Shown here one piece after another: positions 60,513 to 64,000 of a DNA stretch of 64,000 nt. A program made the translations under genes and the position numbers. Position 1 is the stretch's first letter. Every line of letters starts with the position of its first letter. The notes below the pieces were generated by a model, which saw only the letters and a program-made list of their open reading frames with translations, did not search any database and was not told the origin of the DNA. The DNA comes from Dendrobates tinctorius (lineage: Eukaryota). Where the stretch lies: the NCBI RefSeq assembly GCF_039654945.1, contig NW_027361722.1, positions 4,402,001 to 4,466,000 of the forward strand. The letters are read 5' to 3'.

Positions 60513-61729
60513 GACGCTGCAGGACTCCGTGGAGGTGCACTTCCTGGGTGGCTGGAGCGCTATTTGAGCTAATTTGCATGTCTAAGCTTCCTGATGATGG
60601 ATTGGCCCATTTCCTGTCACCAAGTGAAGTCTGGCGCATTTCTCGCTGGTCACATGTGTGGTCCGTGTGTAATCCGTATTTTTTGCGCACCCATAGACTT
60701 GCATTGGCGTACTACGGCCGTACTACGCTGACAGTCCCAGCATGCTGCGATTGGCTCGGCCCTTAAAAAATATGTGACAAAAATACGTCTTATGGGAGCT
60801 ACCCCATAGAGAATCATTGGGCCGTGTGCAATGCGTGTTTTTTAACGCCTCTCACTCATCCGTATTCCTCTCTAGTGTGGCGCCGGCCTTAATCTCTGAG
60901 TGACGAGATTCAGATGAAACCCCCAATGGATCCATTCACTATAATGAGACAGCAGAGTTACTCTGGACTCCACTTAGCCTCTGTTCAGTGATGTCCTTCT
61001 TTTCAGAAGTGCACAAAACTGTGGTCGACTGCATTTTATACACGCCTAAAAAGACGGACACTGCCGGATCACAGCTCAGACGCGCCCACAGTGCCTCCAT
61101 CTGCCTCATTATAGGGAATCTTCCGCCAGAGATTCCATCTGAATCACGTATTTAAGAGAATTACACGGAAACCCCGGTGTAAGCGCTCAGTGCAGAGTGC
61201 AGGATAAATGTGCGCCGAGCCTTACTGCGATCTTTGGGAGGCAGAATGAACAAATCAACCGTAGGTGAAGAATTGGCTTTATTTTTTACACTGTTCCTCG
61301 TGCAGTATAATCCAAGGAAGGGAGAAAAGAAAATGGTTTGGTTCAGTGGTGCCACTGATAAGGAAATGGTGTACCACTGGGGAATCAGTAAAAAAATCTT
61401 TTATTCATTGCTGCATGCTTCGAGCCGGTCTATCTCCTTAATCAGGCTGGTGTCCACCCCTTCTGTGTGTCTTCATCTAGCTCCTCCCTTTTTTGTGTCT
61501 TCCTCTAGCTCCTCCCACCTCTTTTCACCACCATAGAACTCTGCAAGCACCAACTGTCATCTCCTATACAGTATCTTTATATATAACGGACACATAGTGA
61601 AAAAAAATATAAAATTCAAAATGTTAAAGAAAGCTTTTATTATGTTTTATCATTTAAAAAAACTAAGAAATTATACATTAAAGTTAACTTCTTGTGAACG
61701 TGTGCTGCACATATACGTGACACTTGTTG

Positions 61730-63275
61730 AGCAGGTGTATGGCACGGGTATACAATGCAAGTGTATGGTGTGGGTGTACGACATGAGTGTACTGTGCGGG
61801 TGCGCGATGCAAGTGTAAGGCGCGGGTGTACGGCATGCTTGTACTGTGTGGGTGCGTGATGCAAGTGTAAGGCGCGGGTGTACGGCATGAGTGTACAGTG
61901 CGAATGTACAATGCGTCTGCACAGCACGGGTGTACAGCGTAAGTGTACTGTGCGGGTGTACGGTTCAAGTGTATGGCACAGGTGTACTGTGCTAGTATAC
62001 AGTGCAGGTGGACGGTGTGAGTGTACTATGCAGGATGTACGGCATGAGTGTACTGTGTGGGTGCGTGATGCAAGTGTAAGGCGCGGGTGTACGGCATGAG
62101 TACTGTGCGGGTGCGTGATGCAAGTGTAAGGCGCGGGTGTACGGCATGAGTGTACTGTGCGGGTGCGTGATGCAAGTGTAAGGCGTGGGTGTACGGCATG
62201 AGTGTACTTTGCGGGTGCGTGATGCAAGTGTAAGGCGCGGGTCTACGACATGGGTGTACAGTGCGAATGTACAATGCGTCTGCACAGAACGGGTGTACAG
62301 CGTAAGTGTACTGTGCGGGTGTACGGTGCAAGTGTATGGCACAGGTGTACAGTGCGAGTATACAGTGCAGGATGTACGGCATGAGTGTACTGTGTGGGTG
62401 TACAGTGTGAATGTAGAGTGCGAGAGTCTGGCGCAGGTCGGTGTACGGTGCGCGAGTACAGCACGGATGTACAGTGTGTGTTTCGTGCGAGAGTGCAGCA
62501 CAGATGTTTGGTGCGAGAGTGCGGCACATATGTAGTGTGTGTTTTGTGCGGCACAGGTGTACAGTGCGAGAGTACGGCACGGATGTACAGTGTGAGTGTT
62601 TGGTGCGAGAGTGCAGCACAGGTGTTCGGTGCGAGAGTACGGCACGGATGTACAGTGTGTGTTTCGTGCAAGAGTGCGGCACAGGTGTATGGTGCGAGAG
62701 TACAATGCGTCTGCACAGCACGGGTGTACAGCGTAAGTGTACTGTGCGGGTGTACGGTGCAAGAGTATGGCACAGGTGTACAGTGTGAGTATACAATGCA
62801 GGTATATGGAGTGAGTGTACTATGCAGGTGTATGACATGAGTGTATGGTGCGAGAAGTACAGCACAGATGTGCAGTGTGTGTTTCGTGCAAGATTGCGGC
62901 ACAGGTGTACGATGCGAGAGTTCTGCACGGATGTACAGTGTGAATGTTTGGTGAGAGTGGGCGGCACAGGTGTTCGGTGCGAGAGTACGGCACGGATGTA
63001 CAGTGTGAGTGTTTGGTGCGAGAGTGCAGCACAGGTGTTCGGTGCGAGAGTACGGCTTGGATGTACGGTGTGAGTGTTTGGTGCGAGAGTGCAGCACAGG
63101 TGTTCGGTGCGAGAGTACGGCACGGATGTACGGTGTGAGTGTTTGGTGCGAGAGTGCGGCACAGGTGTTCGGTGTGAGTGTTTGGTGCGAGAGTACGGCA
63201 CGGATATACGGCGTGTTTGGCGCAAGAGTGCGGAACGGGTGTGGTGTGAGGGTACGTTGCGGGTGTACAGTGTGG
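61730..63275. repeat. Complex GT-rich satellite (GTGTAC-based units)
   Basis: Blocks such as GTGTACGGCATGAGTGTACTGTGCGGGTGCGTGATGCAAGTGTAAGGCGCGG and GCACAGGTGTTCGGTGCGAGAGTACGGCACGGATGTACAGTGTGAGT. Confidence 0.9.
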
Positions 63276-64000
63276 GCATACGGCGTGGGAGCTGTTAGAC
63301 ATCTCTGTTGGCATCGCCTGGAGCGAGCTGTGATTAACCTCTTCAATGCCGCTGTTGATCGCTGAGAGGTCGTGCTGTGGGAGCGTTCCTTCGCCCAGGC
63401 CCCTCCGGCGATGCGGTTGTGGCACACAATGGATGGTCATGGCAGCCAGGGATCTACGGAAAGCCTCCATCGCCGCCATCTTGGTACACAATGGTGGGCT
63501 TCATTGGAGACTGCGTTTCCACTATTTCTGTACAGAAATACTTCTCTGTGGCAGTAAGAAGATCGGCCGCAGGGTCTAGGTGCTAAAACAGTAAAAATAA
63601 AAAAAATAGTGAACAATTAAGGGGGGGGCGAAGGGGGGCCGTTGCCCATAGCAACCACGGCTCGGGGGCGGCTGCTGGGGCATCAGGAATTCCTGGAATA
63701 AGGCATGGTTAAGGCATCGGTGATATTTTTAACATTGAAGAATCTTGTTTGGATTCTCTTGACTGTAATTATCATTGTACAGTGGCGGCAGCTGCAGTCT
63801 GACAGCAGAATGATGGCTGCAGACACATCTCTTATAATAAGAAGGGTTTATTATGGTTTTCCAATGCTTGTAAAAAAAAAATTATAATCTGTCTTTGATT
63901 TTTTGATAAATTGTCCAGAGAAAAACAAAATGTCAGGCTGGGAACCCTGGGGGGCTAAAGCCGAGTGCGCCCAGTCAGACAGAGTGCGCATGTCTGTGAC

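Larger units (their letters stand above)
56293..60888. mobile_element. Autonomous-type PIF/Harbinger transposon with two convergent genes
   Basis: Ends GGCTGGAGTCACAC / GTGTGGCGCCGGCC flanked by TAA/TTA; encodes a DDE transposase (+) and a MADF protein (-). Confidence 0.9.

Noticed and set aside
61640-63491. His/Thr/Cys-rich 200-417-aa ORFs
   Set aside because: Low-complexity satellite with overlapping open frames and no domain signature.

Overview
This is eukaryotic (vertebrate) genomic DNA, most likely a frog, judging by its T2/Kolobok-type, Harbinger, DIRS and Tc1 repeat landscape. Two host genes lie on the minus strand, and both can be reconstructed exon by exon with GT-AG junctions and continuous frames. 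USF3 (KIAA2018, bHLH factor) has 5 coding exons from 16780 to 4324, gives 2145 aa and has its promoter at about 27.3-27.75 kb. NAA50 (N-terminal acetyltransferase) has 5 exons from 53790 to 33674, gives 170 aa and has a CpG-rich promoter at about 53.7-54.25 kb. The rest is mostly repeats: CR1 and L2 LINE fragments, a full-length but dead Tc1 transposon, and a full-length DIRS1-type retrotransposon inside a Harbinger MITE inside a TTAA-flanked element. There is also a near-intact two-gene Harbinger (DDE transposase + MADF/BESS protein) with a solo LTR in its intron, several palindromic MITEs and several large mini/satellite arrays. There are no prokaryotic features or CRISPR arrays, and I cannot claim a proven new biological system. 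The best leads are: (i) a 7.4-kb intron-1 minisatellite whose units carry an AG|GT recursive-splice-like junction, (ii) a triplicated splice donor behind a USF3 micro-exon, (iii) multiple eh1-like motifs in USF3, (iv) an autonomous Harbinger and a matching MITE in one window, and (v) LINE junctions recurring in one 81-bp repeat. All coordinates were read by eye and no database searches were run.
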